This document shows, piece after piece, positions 1 through 13,999 of a stretch of DNA of 64,000 nt. The translations under genes were made by a program, and so were the position numbers. The stretch is from Utricularia gibba. Lineage: Eukaryota; Plantae; Magnoliophyta. Location of the stretch: NCBI GenBank assembly GCA_002189035.1, contig CM007991.1, positions 1,116,001 to 1,180,000 on the forward strand, in the 5' to 3' direction. Within the stretch, counting starts at the first letter, position 1; each line of letters opens with the position of its first letter. The notes below the pieces were generated by a model that ran no database searches, was not told the origin of the DNA, and saw only the letters and a program-made list of their open reading frames with translations.

Positions 1-404
1 TAGGGTTCAGACATGCGTTTTTTTATCTTCATTCAGTCATTTGTTCATGATCATCTATTAGTCTTCAGATTGTTTCACATTATGAGACATGTAATTGTTT
101 CCATTCTTTCCAGCATATAGGGGTGTTTTGAACACCATGTTAATAAATTTGAAGGGTAATATATATATAAAAAAAAAAAGAGAGAGAGAGAGAGCATTTC
201 AAACAGCTCACCTTTTGAAAATATTTGAACAAAGGTCTAAGGATATCTTAAGATGTCAAAGTGTCAGGATCTGGAGTTTAAGGGGGCATTTGCACAACCT
301 TTTGACCTTGTAAAACTCCAAATAATGATGATTTTGCATTAATCATTTCATAATTCTTGGCCAACATTTTGTTCCTCGTTCGGTTTTTTTTTTCTTTAAT
401 GCAG

Positions 405-935
405 GAATAAAACTTGCTCAAAGCATAGTGAAAGAGCGGCTTGCTGCCTGTGTTAATCGTGTACCAGGCGAGTTCTTTCATTTTGCTCTTTTTGTTTCGT
501 CAACTGCATGTATGAGGAATGGTGTTTTCATCACTGTTACTATGGAACTGACACTATATATACGTACTCAAAACATTGAAATGCAGGTGTTGAATCCGTC
601 TATGAGTGGAATGGTGAGGTTAGTATGACTGTAAAGACTTAGAATGCATCCCGTACATTCTTCTTTGTTCAAGGCTTCATCTGAAACAGATACAAACCGA
701 CTCCGAAGAGTTGCTGATAATCAAGACTCGTGAATCACTTCTGGGACCATTAACAGAGCATGTTAAAGCAAATCACGAGTATGAGTAAGTGCTAATTTGG
801 AATCAACAAGGTGTAGCAACACTTATGGAGAATGATCCGCACATTTTTTACAGGGTCCCCGAGGTGATTTCGCTGCCCATAACTGGTGGAAACTTACAAT
901 ATCTCGAATGGATAAAAAAGAGCACAAGGGATTAG
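405..935 (+). CDS. CUTA: CutA copper-binding/divalent-cation tolerance protein, 3' part (5' exons outside window)
   Basis: Exons 405-467, 587-618, 690-784 and 854-935 join to IKLAQSIVKERLAACVNRVPGVESVYEWNGEIQTDSEELLIIKTRESLLGPLTEHVKANHEYEVPEVISLPITGGNLQYLEWIKKSTRD*, the CutA family pattern. Intron 468-586 has a GC donor. Confidence 0.93.
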
Positions 936-1256
936 GTTAGTTGCCCCCCTTGGATCCATCTAGTACTGCACATTTCCTTCACATCTGTAATGGCACCTCA
1001 TGGCATTTCCTCTCACCCTGTAACTGAAACTCAAAATAAGGTTTGATGGGAAAATGTTCACCATTTGAGAAGTATACTGCTGATATGATTGCTTCGAATC
1101 AAAGGTTTAGGTGTAAAGTCATATTTGCTCTGCTCAATGCGAATCTTTTCCTTGCATTAAAAAGCTGTTGAGCATCGAATAAATCCGATGCACTGACTTT
1201 AATTCACCATTACAGAGACCCTGTTTCTCCCCATCCCTATCAGCTGTTTCTCCGGC

Positions 1257-2326
1257 ATGGCCCTGAGCCACAGCGTCACTGCTTCCCTCAACTTCATCGC
1301 CCTCATGTGCTCCATCCCGATAATCTCCACCGGCATCTGGCTCTCCTTCGACCGTGACAACGACTGCGTGGGCTGGCTCCGGTGGCCGTTTACCATCATC
1401 GGAGCAGCCTTCCTTGTAGCCACCCTGCTGGGATTCCTGGGAGCATACTTCACCAAAAAGGGCCTCCTCCGCCTCTATCTGGTCTGCATGCTTATGCTCC
1501 TCGTCCTACTCCTCGTTCTCCTCGTCCTCGCTAACGGAGTCGCCGCCCCCAGCGGTGCGCAAGCCGTTCCCGGGGCGGCGTTCCAGGAGTACAGACTGGA
1601 CGGATTCTCATCCTGGCTGAGGGAGCAGGTTTACTGGGACGGGATCAGGAGGTGTGTAGCGGACTCCGGCGTCTGTGAGAGGCTGAACCGTAGGGTGGTT
1701 TCCAGTTCCCAATTCTTCGCCACAGAGCTATCTCCAATTGAGGTAATAATTCCAGTTACTATATTTTACCTGCTTTTTTAAAAGCTTATTTATCTTCAAT
1801 TTCCATTATTATAATATTATTTCAAATAGGATTTTTTTTTATTTTTAAGAATTTATATAAACTGAAATTCTATTTTATTAAAATAAATCATTTTTATTTT
1901 GAACATGGTTCGGAGTGGGGTATAACAGTCATTTCATCTTTTTGGTGTAGTCGGGATGCTGCAAGCCTCCACTGGTCTGCGGTTTCCAATACTGCAGCCC
2001 GACGAAGTGGATGGGGTCGTCGAACATCGCAGGTGCGCACCATCCCTTTTTGTTTCAGAAACGCACGCCGTATTCCCAGGCTAAACCCTGTCGCTGCAGC
2101 GGGGCTTGATTGTCTGATTTGGAGCAACGACGGTGGGTACCTCTGCTACGACTGCGGCTCATGCAAAGCCGGCGTGCTCGAGAACCTCAGGCGCCAGTGG
2201 CGCCGAGCCAGCGTCGTCCTCGTCCCCGCCTTGGCCATCTTGGTCGTGGTCTATCTCACCGCCTGCTATGCCTACATGAAGTCGCCGGAGGATCCGCCGC
2301 ATCCAACCGCCGCGGGTTCCAAGTAG
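1257..2326 (+). CDS. TET: Plant tetraspanin (TET2-like)
   Basis: Exons 1257-1742, 1951-2032 and 2100-2326 with GT-AG introns. There are three N-terminal hydrophobic helices, the SGCCKPP motif at the start of exon 2, then DCLIWSND..LCYDCGSCKAG and a fourth TM helix. Confidence 0.93.
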
Positions 2327-2990
2327 CACGCCTTGATTCACACGGGTAGAACCTCCAACTCCTCCTGCAGCGTAATTAGGTACTGGTAGATTAATTAAAA
2401 ATCTGATCATGTCTTAGATATTATGAATAAAATATTTATCCATAATATAATTTTTTAATTTAGTGTTTGATTTAAAATATACGATTGATTATTTTTATAA
2501 ATGACCCTACTCCATCATCCTCCTGCACAACATAAAATTATCATAACTCCAGGCAATACATTTGGACTGTTCATTAGGATAAGAATGGACAATAGCTTCT
2601 ATTTAAAAAAAATATACAATTATTGAAATTTGAGGCAACATCCTTCGCCATGTTTTTCAATACTCCAATTATGGAGTTACAATGTTTTAAAATCGGATTA
2701 AGAATTCAAATCAATGGGATATAGATTCAAATTAAATCGATTTTTTTCAGTTAATATATGCATGAATAAGATCAACCTATGATTATCTTATATGTCTAGG
2801 AAAATATTTTTAAAATTTGTTTTTTTAGTACATAAAAAGCAACAACAAAGATTTAGAAATATTTATCATGTTGTATTATTTATGGAAAAAAAATGGTAGA
2901 GTAATTTATTTGGTGGGGCGCGTACAGGGGAAAGTACATGAAATGTGGATGTCAGGAGGGAGCGCTGGTGCTGGTGTTGGACATGTGACC

Positions 2991-4171
2991 AGCAAATCCA
3001 CCTGTCTCTTACCAAGTGGATGTGTGGGGCCTACCACCAACGTATGACAGCACAACAATTTGTGACTCCAACAAATCTTTTGAAGGATCCTCCTGTGGCG
3101 TTCAGACTGCACTCCGTACGCCATTTTGTCAAGATCTTGTTATCTGCTCTGTGCTTTCTTAGCTGTTCCTCCCTATCCACGGATGCACAACGCTGCCCAG
3201 TGTCCTGTGACTGGGTTCATGAGCTAGAGCTTTTCGTCTCAGCAGTTGAACCGTGCCGCCACCCTTTGTAATCACAATATTAATGCTGTGTCTGGATGGA
3301 TATCTGAAAATGACCAACACCATCTCATCTCATCTCATCTGCTGATGGTGCAAATGTGGGACGTGTTAGAATAAGGATTTACTTGGATTGTTAGGAGGCG
3401 ATCCACAGCGTTAGTTAATATGAGCTAGAATTCGAGCCACAACACGTCTGTTTGATTGTGTCCATCCAGGCAGCCTCATCCCCCCTCGAATTATGTTGTC
3501 TGTGACCGGAGATGGTCTTTCCATTGGGGACACGTCCGAGGTTTGCACGTGACTCGTTTCCTGTGAAGTTGTGTAATGGGGATGCATTGCAGACACGGGC
3601 ATCAGCGTACACCGGAGGACAATGCAGGATTCCGACATGGTGAGTGATGAGATTCTCGAAAGAAAAGGGGGGATCGAGATCAAGCATATCTTCCACATTA
3701 CAGCTCTGGTGATGATTGGGGTGCGCATTTTGGTCACAAATGGCAGCTAACACAAGAAGGGACGTCAGAGTTTGGCCCCAGCAGGATTTGCGTGCGCTGG
3801 CTGGCCGGCCACAGAATTCTCATCTCTGGCTCCGTGAATCAACTTGATCGGATTCACACTCAACTTTCTGCATAACGCTAACAACAGCTTTGAAGTGCAG
3901 GGGAAATGCATTGCATTGGCAGAGATCAGGAATCGGAATCCAGCACTGTGAATTCAAAAAGGGAGAGGATGGATCTGGGACTGGAGGGGAAGCAAAATCC
4001 ACCTCTACAATTGCCAAGGAGTGACAACTGGGGAAGCAGTGGGGCTACCAGCAAGGTTGTCGTACGATGACAAGACAAATTGTTTACTCCTCGAGATCTT
4101 TTGAAGGATCCTTTGCATTTGATGAGACCCTTTACGCGAATGGGATCACCAGATTTTCTCGAGATCTTGTT
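2991..4171. repeat. Two diverged direct copies (about 2991-3141 and 3991-4171) of an unidentified segment
   Basis: Three anchors are shared in the same order: agcaaa(a)tccacct, atcttttgaaggatcct and agatcttgtt. Indels lie between them. Confidence 0.7.
3587..3762 (+). pseudogene. Decayed fragment of the CKX last exon
   Basis: Aligns by eye with about 7251-7490 (atggtga[g/a]tgatgagattct, gagatcaagca, cattacag, ggtcacaaatggcagct). It carries an internal deletion and frame-breaking indels. Confidence 0.85.
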
Positions 4172-5536
4172 TCTTTGCTGCTGCAGCTGCTTCTCTCACA
4201 TGCACCGCTTATTTAACTGTCGTGATTCGTTTCTACAGGGAGAGGATCTCCCCTCCCAGATTCTTCCCCTACCCAGACACACACACTCTCTATCTCTGGC
4301 TGCTGTGTTGGTAATATGGGAAAAATATTATAATGAGTTTAATTGGATTAAATCCATATAAAATATATTATAAAAAATAATAAAAATAATTTAATATTTA
4401 TTTTTTATCAAAATATTTACCATAGATCATACGTTAAAAAAATCTTTTATTATATATATATTATTTTTCACCAGATCAATAGTAAGTTTGTTCATCCTAT
4501 GAAATATTTGTGCTCAAAAAATGGTATAATGTTAGTTTTCGATACGATATCTTTAAAATCATAATAATATTATCTATAGTATACCATTTCAAAACTTGAA
4601 CCCATATATAAGGAAAATTTTGGATGGTAAAAAAATACACACAGCAGCAAAGTAAACATTGGAGAGGAAGCACAAGTAAAAATAATTTACCAAGGCCAGC
4701 TGTAAATCTTACTCTTTGGTGGGGAGGTGGCAGTATAGATAGATATACAAACGTGTGCTTCCTTCCCTTATTTCTGGATGAGGCAGCAGCAGATGCATCT
4801 ATCTGGCTGGGTATTTATTTTATTTACCAGCTGTTACTCCCTCCGGCTGCATTTATTATCAAAGATCTCGCGCATCGTACTGACGATAACAACACAACAG
4901 CGGCAACCTTAACTAATCTCCCCTCGCAACACACCACCCCAGGGTAATATTTACTTTTTCACTTTCCCTCCGCCATCTGAAAATTACTGCCATTGCTGTA
5001 TTCTCTTCACCAACGAACCGGGTTCGCGGTTGGGATTCCGAGCATATCATTCCCGATTACGCCACATGTTGATGAGATTTTCACCATGTGCATTGGTCTT
5101 TCACAGGTCCTGTCCCGTCGACTTCGGTCGCGATTGCTTCTCGCATGCGGAGATTCAATCGCAGGACTGGACTTGCAAGGAATCGGGAATTTCTAGGGTT
5201 TTTTTTCCCCCTTTTTCGTTTTTATAATAATAAGTCACGTTTGTGATAACGAAATTAGTATGATTTTTTTAAAATGATGATCCAATGTAATATAACTTAT
5301 ACTGAATATTGATTCAATACTTATGTGAAATTCAAGTATACTTAATATTGATTCAATATTGATTACATTATAAAAATTAGATTTAATTGATTATTATTAA
5401 TTTATTATTTTTAATTTAAAATTATTTTTATAATATTATTTAATTAATATAATGGATGTATAAGTAATATTCTTTTTGAAAAAAGATAAATAATTAATTA
5501 GAAAAAGGCAGCATATTACCCTCCCCTAGCCCATAA

Positions 5537-7570
<2,034 letters not shown>

Positions 7571-7958
7571 GGGGTTTCTTCCAGTCAGTTTTCTGAATAA
7601 AACTCTTCCCTTTATTCTTGTAAAACATGCTACATATCCCGAGTCCTCGCCATAACAAGAATCACCTCAAACAAAGATCTAATCCTGCAGAAATCAAAAG
7701 GAAGCCCCCCGAGCAACTGGCTACAGAGAGAGTAGAGACTCTTGGTGCTTTAAAGATGAAGCACACAGCTGGATATGAGAACAAAAAGCTAGCAACAAGG
7801 CAAAGGAATGTGCAGCATCGTTTAGGTCACGGTTCCCATCTAAAAGGAAGGATTTCAAGCCATTTTTCAACATAGAAAGCTCTGGGTAAACAAAATATGG
7901 ACAATAGGCACAAAAGACAGATGTCACATGGAAGAAAATTAATCTGGCAGCAGTTCCA

Positions 7959-8781
7959 CTAGGTTTCCTTCTTGTGATGAATTGCATCAGCGATAGCCTC
8001 AACTTCTTCCTTAGCTCTCTCAAACACACTGGGGCCTTTTACTGCACTAATGGGTGTGTTTTCATCGAAGTCACAACTCTTCCCATGAGTTTCTTTATGA
8101 TGAGGATGAGGCTCCCCATGATTTACATTTTCTGCCATCGAACCCCAATCAAAGAGATGCATGACAAAGCATACAAGTTAGTTGATCAGTTAAAACCCAA
8201 ACCTGAAACCTTGTGCTTCTCCGAGTTCTTGGACTTAACTGCAGCATCCCTACAAACCATACATTTTCTTTACTATGATGTTCATTCTCTAGTGATCGAC
8301 AAATTCCCGCCATTTTTTGAGGATGAATGCTTTTGATCAGATACAATGACCACTTCCGAAAATATAACGAACAATTACCTTGAATCACGAGGGGAAAACG
8401 AGGAAGAAGACGACGAAGATTCCGGGTTTTTCCCCGCTTTCTTAGGATGTATCGATTCAACAATTGCATCAATCTCATCCTTGAATCTCTCAATCAGATT
8501 TGGTCCCTTCACATCATCATCATCACAGCGGCTACGACCGTGTAACACTTGACCCAACTCCTCCTTCGTTCTCTCCAGAAAATGCCCTGCTCACCGTCCA
8601 AAAATTTCTTCAACTGGTCGCATATATTCATAAATCTAAAAAAAAAAAAAAAAAACATGATTTGCACTTGCAGAAAGGGATTTGGGAAATCAATTTACCC
8701 CCTCCACCAAAAATGCGTAGCATTAAAAGAATCGCGAGCATCAATCGACGATCCACAGTTAATAATACCTGAATCCGCCAT
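7959..8781 (-). CDS. Uncharacterised plant protein (about 146 aa) with three copies of a (K)GPx(L/V)(I/F)ERxK(E/D)E(I/V)(E/D)AI-type motif
   Basis: Proposed exons 8781-8769, 8586-8379, 8249-8203 and 8131-7959 have GT-AG boundaries, sum to 441 nt and stay open. The protein ends HHKETHGKSCDFDENTPISAVKGPSVFERAKEEVEAIADAIHHKKET*. Confidence 0.65.
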
Positions 8782-9136
8782 GGAGGAACGCTTGATGGTA
8801 TTTTCAGATCTAAAACCCCTGAAAGAGCAGCGAAATGGAGGTGCAAAAGAACAGGTCTTCCCTCGATTTTATAGAATAAAAGGATAATTTTGGGATTCTC
8901 AAGTCCTTTTCACATATTTTTTTTTCAGAATTTCATCATTAATTAATATATGATAATATCAAAATGCATCCTACCCTACCAACATGTGTCCATCTGATTT
9001 TTAAACGGATATAAATTTATTATAACAATAAATGCAATCTTATTTCATGACCGAGGGATTTACTCTACGAGTCATTTACATATGTAACAACTTTAAAATT
9101 TTCTCTCATACACTCAATTTAGTAAAAATTTTAAAT

Positions 9137-9268
9137 GAAGGGTGGTTAATTTTTTAACACAATGACGTAATGGTCAAAATTTTTTAATTGAGAGTGGTTA
9201 ATTTTCTAACACAATGAAGTCATGGTCAAAGTGTTTAGTTGAGAGTGGCTAATTTTCTAACACAATGA
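9137..9268. repeat. Tandem repeat, unit about 52 bp, about 2.5 copies
   Basis: The core gagagtgg(t/c)taattttctaacacaatga recurs at about 9138, 9190 and 9241. Confidence 0.85.
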
Positions 9269-10619
9269 ATTGATAATGATTACATTTGTAACAGACCCTC
9301 GACCCTAGCCCAATAACAAGGTTTAATTAAACCTAACATCAAGTCTCATTCTATTACATGCTTTTTGTTTGGTTGGTTGATTTAGATTTTTACGGATTTA
9401 AATTATTTAAATTTAGATAAAACTAAATATATAGTTACAAAAATACCTATATATTCATTAGATATGAAGTTAATATATACATATAATTATACTAAATAAT
9501 ATTTATACTCATATAATTGGCATAATTATACCTAAATATAAAATATAATTTATATAAATCAATCTTATAATTTCATATCAAATAAGAGCTAAAATTAAAC
9601 CTAGGAAGCGCGAAAGCGAGGAGTCAGGTATGTTGTTTTCTAGTGTTAGACGGCTCTTGTTTCTTGACCATGGGCTACGAGGATCAGTAACCAACTCGGT
9701 ACACGCGCTTCGGTCTCATCGTACCGGCGGGGGACAAATTCCACGCCTAGTGGCCCTTTACCTGTTTATTAAATAGGGCCCGTTGACCATATGGATTGTC
9801 TGAGATAATCTCGAACATTGAAACCCGGTCCTCGTACTTTTATCATTTTAATAGGGTGTGTGTTTGTTGACAAGAATTGGTTATTAGAAAAATCATAATA
9901 TTATTTGTATTTTTTAAATTCAAATACTTGGTTTTTTTATTTTTATTTTCAAAAGATTTATACAGTTTGAAAATGATGGAGAATTTTTTTATATAATCAA
10001 TTAATTCATTTATAGTGATAGATGCGATTGAAATTTCCTCTGTTCGCTGGTCTCTTCTCCCTCGCGTGCTCTGGAAACAGCGTGAGAAGTTTCGTTCTTT
10101 GACCGGATAATCTTCTCTTACCGTACTGCTTTCCCACTGTGTTATATATAGGTTGTGTTAAGATGAATTGCTGGAAAGCAGTCTCCCATTCAAACAACAG
10201 CTTTGAAGTTTGAATTCCGCCGTCTGAAGTCTCTGATTCGGAACAGTAGAACTCGTTCCGATTTTTCTTCATACTTCCTGTTTTCAACGAAGCAAGCGTG
10301 CGTGTGGCTGCATACGCGTCATCACTATATCACTCTTCGCCAACTACGTGGCTGCCTAATTTTCCACATTTTGAAGAACCCCCCAATTCGTTTTCTTTAT
10401 AAGGAGCCCATATTTTGAAGAATCCAATTCGGAGTTTGTAAATTCTTTCACTCGATTGCCTGAAATCCCAGAAACTTCTTCCATAGCTTCTGGTTAGTTA
10501 TTGTTTTCATTATTGTGTTTTAGAATGTTGTGTTTGTTAATCTGGAGCTGTATTGTTTACAACTTCTTTTTGTGAGATCCTGCAGGTGAATTTTTGGTGA
10601 TTTAAGTGTTGTAAAGTGT

Positions 10620-12652
10620 ATGGGATTGAGAACTGAAGGCTCTCCGAGTCTAGGGATGACATTGAAAGCTGAAAAATCTTTGCATTCAGTTGCCTCAGCA
10701 GCCTTGGACATCAGTGGAATTATTTCTAGAAACCACATAAATGCTAAGAACTGGGAGCCGGGAAGGTTGAATCTTCAAGCCTCTCTTTCATTCAAGGGCC
10801 TTGTTGAATCCGGCAATCAGGAAACTGAAAATGAAGCCGAGGATCGACAAAAGACGTCATCTTCCAGTGCATTTGAGTTCATGTACCCTACAACACCTGT
10901 TGCAAAGCTTAATGAGGCGGCAGTGACGCTGCAAAAGGTGTACAAGAGTTACCGGACTCGAAGAAACCTTGCGGATTGTGCTGTTCTTGTGGAGGAGCTA
11001 TGGTTGGTTTTCAACAACATTAGATCATTGCTCTTCTAATATTTTTTTTCTTTGCTAAAGTACGAGGTTATGTGCAGGTGGAAAGCCACGGAGTCTGCTG
11101 CTCTTGAAAAAAGCTCTGTGACATTTTTCGATGTTGGGAAGAGGGAGAGTGCAAGTTCACGGTGGGCTAGAGCTCGGACTAGAGCAGCAAGGGTAGGGTA
11201 GATAAAAAAACTACAGATCATAGAATCATTTAGTATATTTTTTTTCTCGAGTAATATCTTAATTTGGAGCTTCCAAATGTAGGTTGGAAAGGGGCTATCC
11301 AAGAATGACAAGGCTCAAAAGCTAGCTCTTCAGCATTGGCTCGAGGCAGTAAGTGCTGCTTTTTAGTGACTACCACAGTCATCGAACTGAGGATGATGTT
11401 TTGTTGGTTTCCTGATCATATACTTAACGCTATGTAGATTGATCCACGCCATCGATATGGGCACAATTTGCATCTGTACTACGACGTGTGGTTCAAATGC
11501 GAAAGTCCACAGCCCTTCTTTTACTGGTGAGCCTTTGGATCACCTACTCGATTTTCTCTTTGTGTTTCTTGCACTTGTTTCATATGCTCTTTTTGTATAG
11601 GCTAGATATTGGAGCTGGGAAAGAAGTAAATCTTGAGAAATGTCCGAGGACTGATCTCCAACGTCAATGCATCAAGTACTTAGGACCAGTAAGTCCTTAT
11701 GGACATCCATTTGAACTCATATGATGTTGGTGTCATTGGACATCTATTTATTCTTTGTTTGCTGGATTCAACAGAAAGAACGAGAACAATATGAGGTTGT
11801 CGTTGATAACGGAAAGCTTGTGTACAGACACAGCGGAGCCTTAGTGGATTCTGTCCAAGGTTCAAAATGGATATTCGTTCTCAGCACAAACAGAAAATTG
11901 TACGTGGGACAGAAGAAAAAAGGCCTGTTTCAGCACTCCAGTTTTTTAGCTGGCGCAGCCATAACTGCTGCTGGAAGATTGGTTGCTCACCAGGGCGTTC
12001 TTGAGGTAAGCATCATCCCTCAACCAGGGCGCCTGGTACCTGAACCGGTACAGAATCACTCTCAAATGTACAAGCGAATCACAAGTTTCATCTCTCTTTG
12101 ACAGGCAATTTGGCCTTACAGTGGCCACTATCTCCCAACTGAGGAGAACTTCAGGGAGTTTGTAAACTTCCTCGAGGATAATTTCGTTGATCTTGCAGGC
12201 GTAAAGGTGCATTTCCAAACCGATACTTGATCCATTTTTTTTTGTTTGTAAAACTCACCAACTTGTCTGTTTCAGAGATGTGCAACCGATGATGACAACC
12301 CCCATCAGAGGACAACAGCATCGCAAGAAGCTCATCAGAGAGAGCTATTTATAAACCAGAACAAAGAGCCCATGATGAACAAAAGTCACAAGAGCCTGTG
12401 TTCAATATGGCTAAGCAAATTTCCTGTAAATGGAGCACCGGTGCAGGGCCGAGGATCGGCTGCGTCAGGGAGTACCCGACGGAGCTACAGTTCCAAGCTC
12501 TTGAACATGTAAACCTGTCACCAAGATTAGCCACCGGACCTCCGCCGAACTACGGGCCGATCCCTTCCCCCCGGCCGAGTCCAAGGATCCTCGTCTCTCC
12601 AAAGCTTTCCTACATGGGATTACCAAGTCCCCGGAACCTTGCAGTTAAATGA
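10620..12652 (+). CDS. IQM: IQ-motif calmodulin-binding protein (IQM1-like), 8 exons; apparent 1-nt frameshift at 12299-12303
   Basis: Family motifs [65 protein letters not shown] and [17 protein letters not shown] are present across canonical GT-AG exons. Confidence 0.93.
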
Positions 12653-13999
12653 GAGCCAAGGTGACAAATGGCGGAATCAGCACAAACTAACAGAAGGCGT
12701 TTTCACAAGTTCTATGTGAATTATCTCCTCATTGTTTCCTTCTTTTATTCGTATTGAAATGAGATGACCCATTGGTTTTGAAAATCATGATACCGGGTGC
12801 GCCGGCCGCCGCAGCCCTTAGAGGAAACAGGCCAGCTTAGAGTTGGCCAGACCTCGGTCTTAACTCTCCATCTTGTTATTTAGAAAAATAATCACAATCA
12901 TATTCTATCACATATATTTAGTTAAAAAAATATATAGAATAGTCATTTTTTTATACAATATCTGACATAGGATCAAATTTATAATCATACTTTCTTCATC
13001 TCCTTGATAGAATAGTACTTTTAGGTCACATTTAGAAAATAATTTTAATTCTGCTAGATGTACGAGATAATACTTTTGTTTTAAGAATTTGAATTTATAA
13101 TTATATATATATTCTTTTATAAATAAATACAGTTATTATTATTTAAATAAATTCTTTGTAATAATATAAACATGATTTATATAATATTTTAAAACTATAG
13201 TAATAATATGAAATATACTTTACAAATTTGTATACTATAAAGGATTTATACAATATGATTATTAATAAATATGGTAAATATTTTATTTATTTATAAAAAA
13301 TCAATTTGCATACTTTTATATTTTAAATATAAATTAATTTTATAATAATCATTTTCAAAAAACACTTTTAACAAATTATCAATTTTTTATTTTGCAGGCT
13401 CCTGGGCTCGGCTCTTGGAGTTAACGGGTCGGCCTGTCTAAACCGGGGCGTCAATAGAAGTGGTTATTTAAGGCCGATGGATACAGCGAGGCCCAATAGA
13501 AGTTGGTAATCGTGGCCCAATAGTGTTCTTTGTGTGTGTATATCTGCGTATATGACATATATATAAATGCCAAGTCAAAAACTCCGTCACCTCCGCCGGT
13601 TCTCTGTGTGAGATCTCGACACCCGGGTGCGATTATCTTCCCACAGCTCTCGTCTTCGGTCGGTTTTCTATTTTCTGCTGAGAATTTTTAATCTTTTCCC
13701 TCTGTATAGTGGTTTGGTTGTTGGCTCTCGTATGTTGATTTCTTTGACCAGTCCAATGCTGTTGGGTGTGGATGGTTTCTGAGGCCCCTGAATTTAGGAA
13801 CCCGGATTTGATTTGCATTTTAAGCGCCTATCGTAGGATCGCATTTCTTTTTAAGGCTTAGATGTTGAATCTTTTATTTTGCCTTTCATGTTTGCTTCAG
13901 AATTTGGAACTATAGGTGATTTTTGCGATCTTTCTTTAAAGAAACAAAATGCTGTCTTGAAATCAAACCTTTGATGTCTTCAGGTGTTATTTGATATCT

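Noticed and set aside
2033-2099. Second, 67-nt intron in the tetraspanin
   Set aside because: It has canonical GT-AG ends and restores the frame. As I recall, TET2-type genes already have two introns, so it is not novel.
4661-4975. Possible long imperfect hairpin (miRNA-like) upstream of CKX
   Set aside because: Only short scattered complementary patches are visible by eye, and none matches a conserved miRNA.
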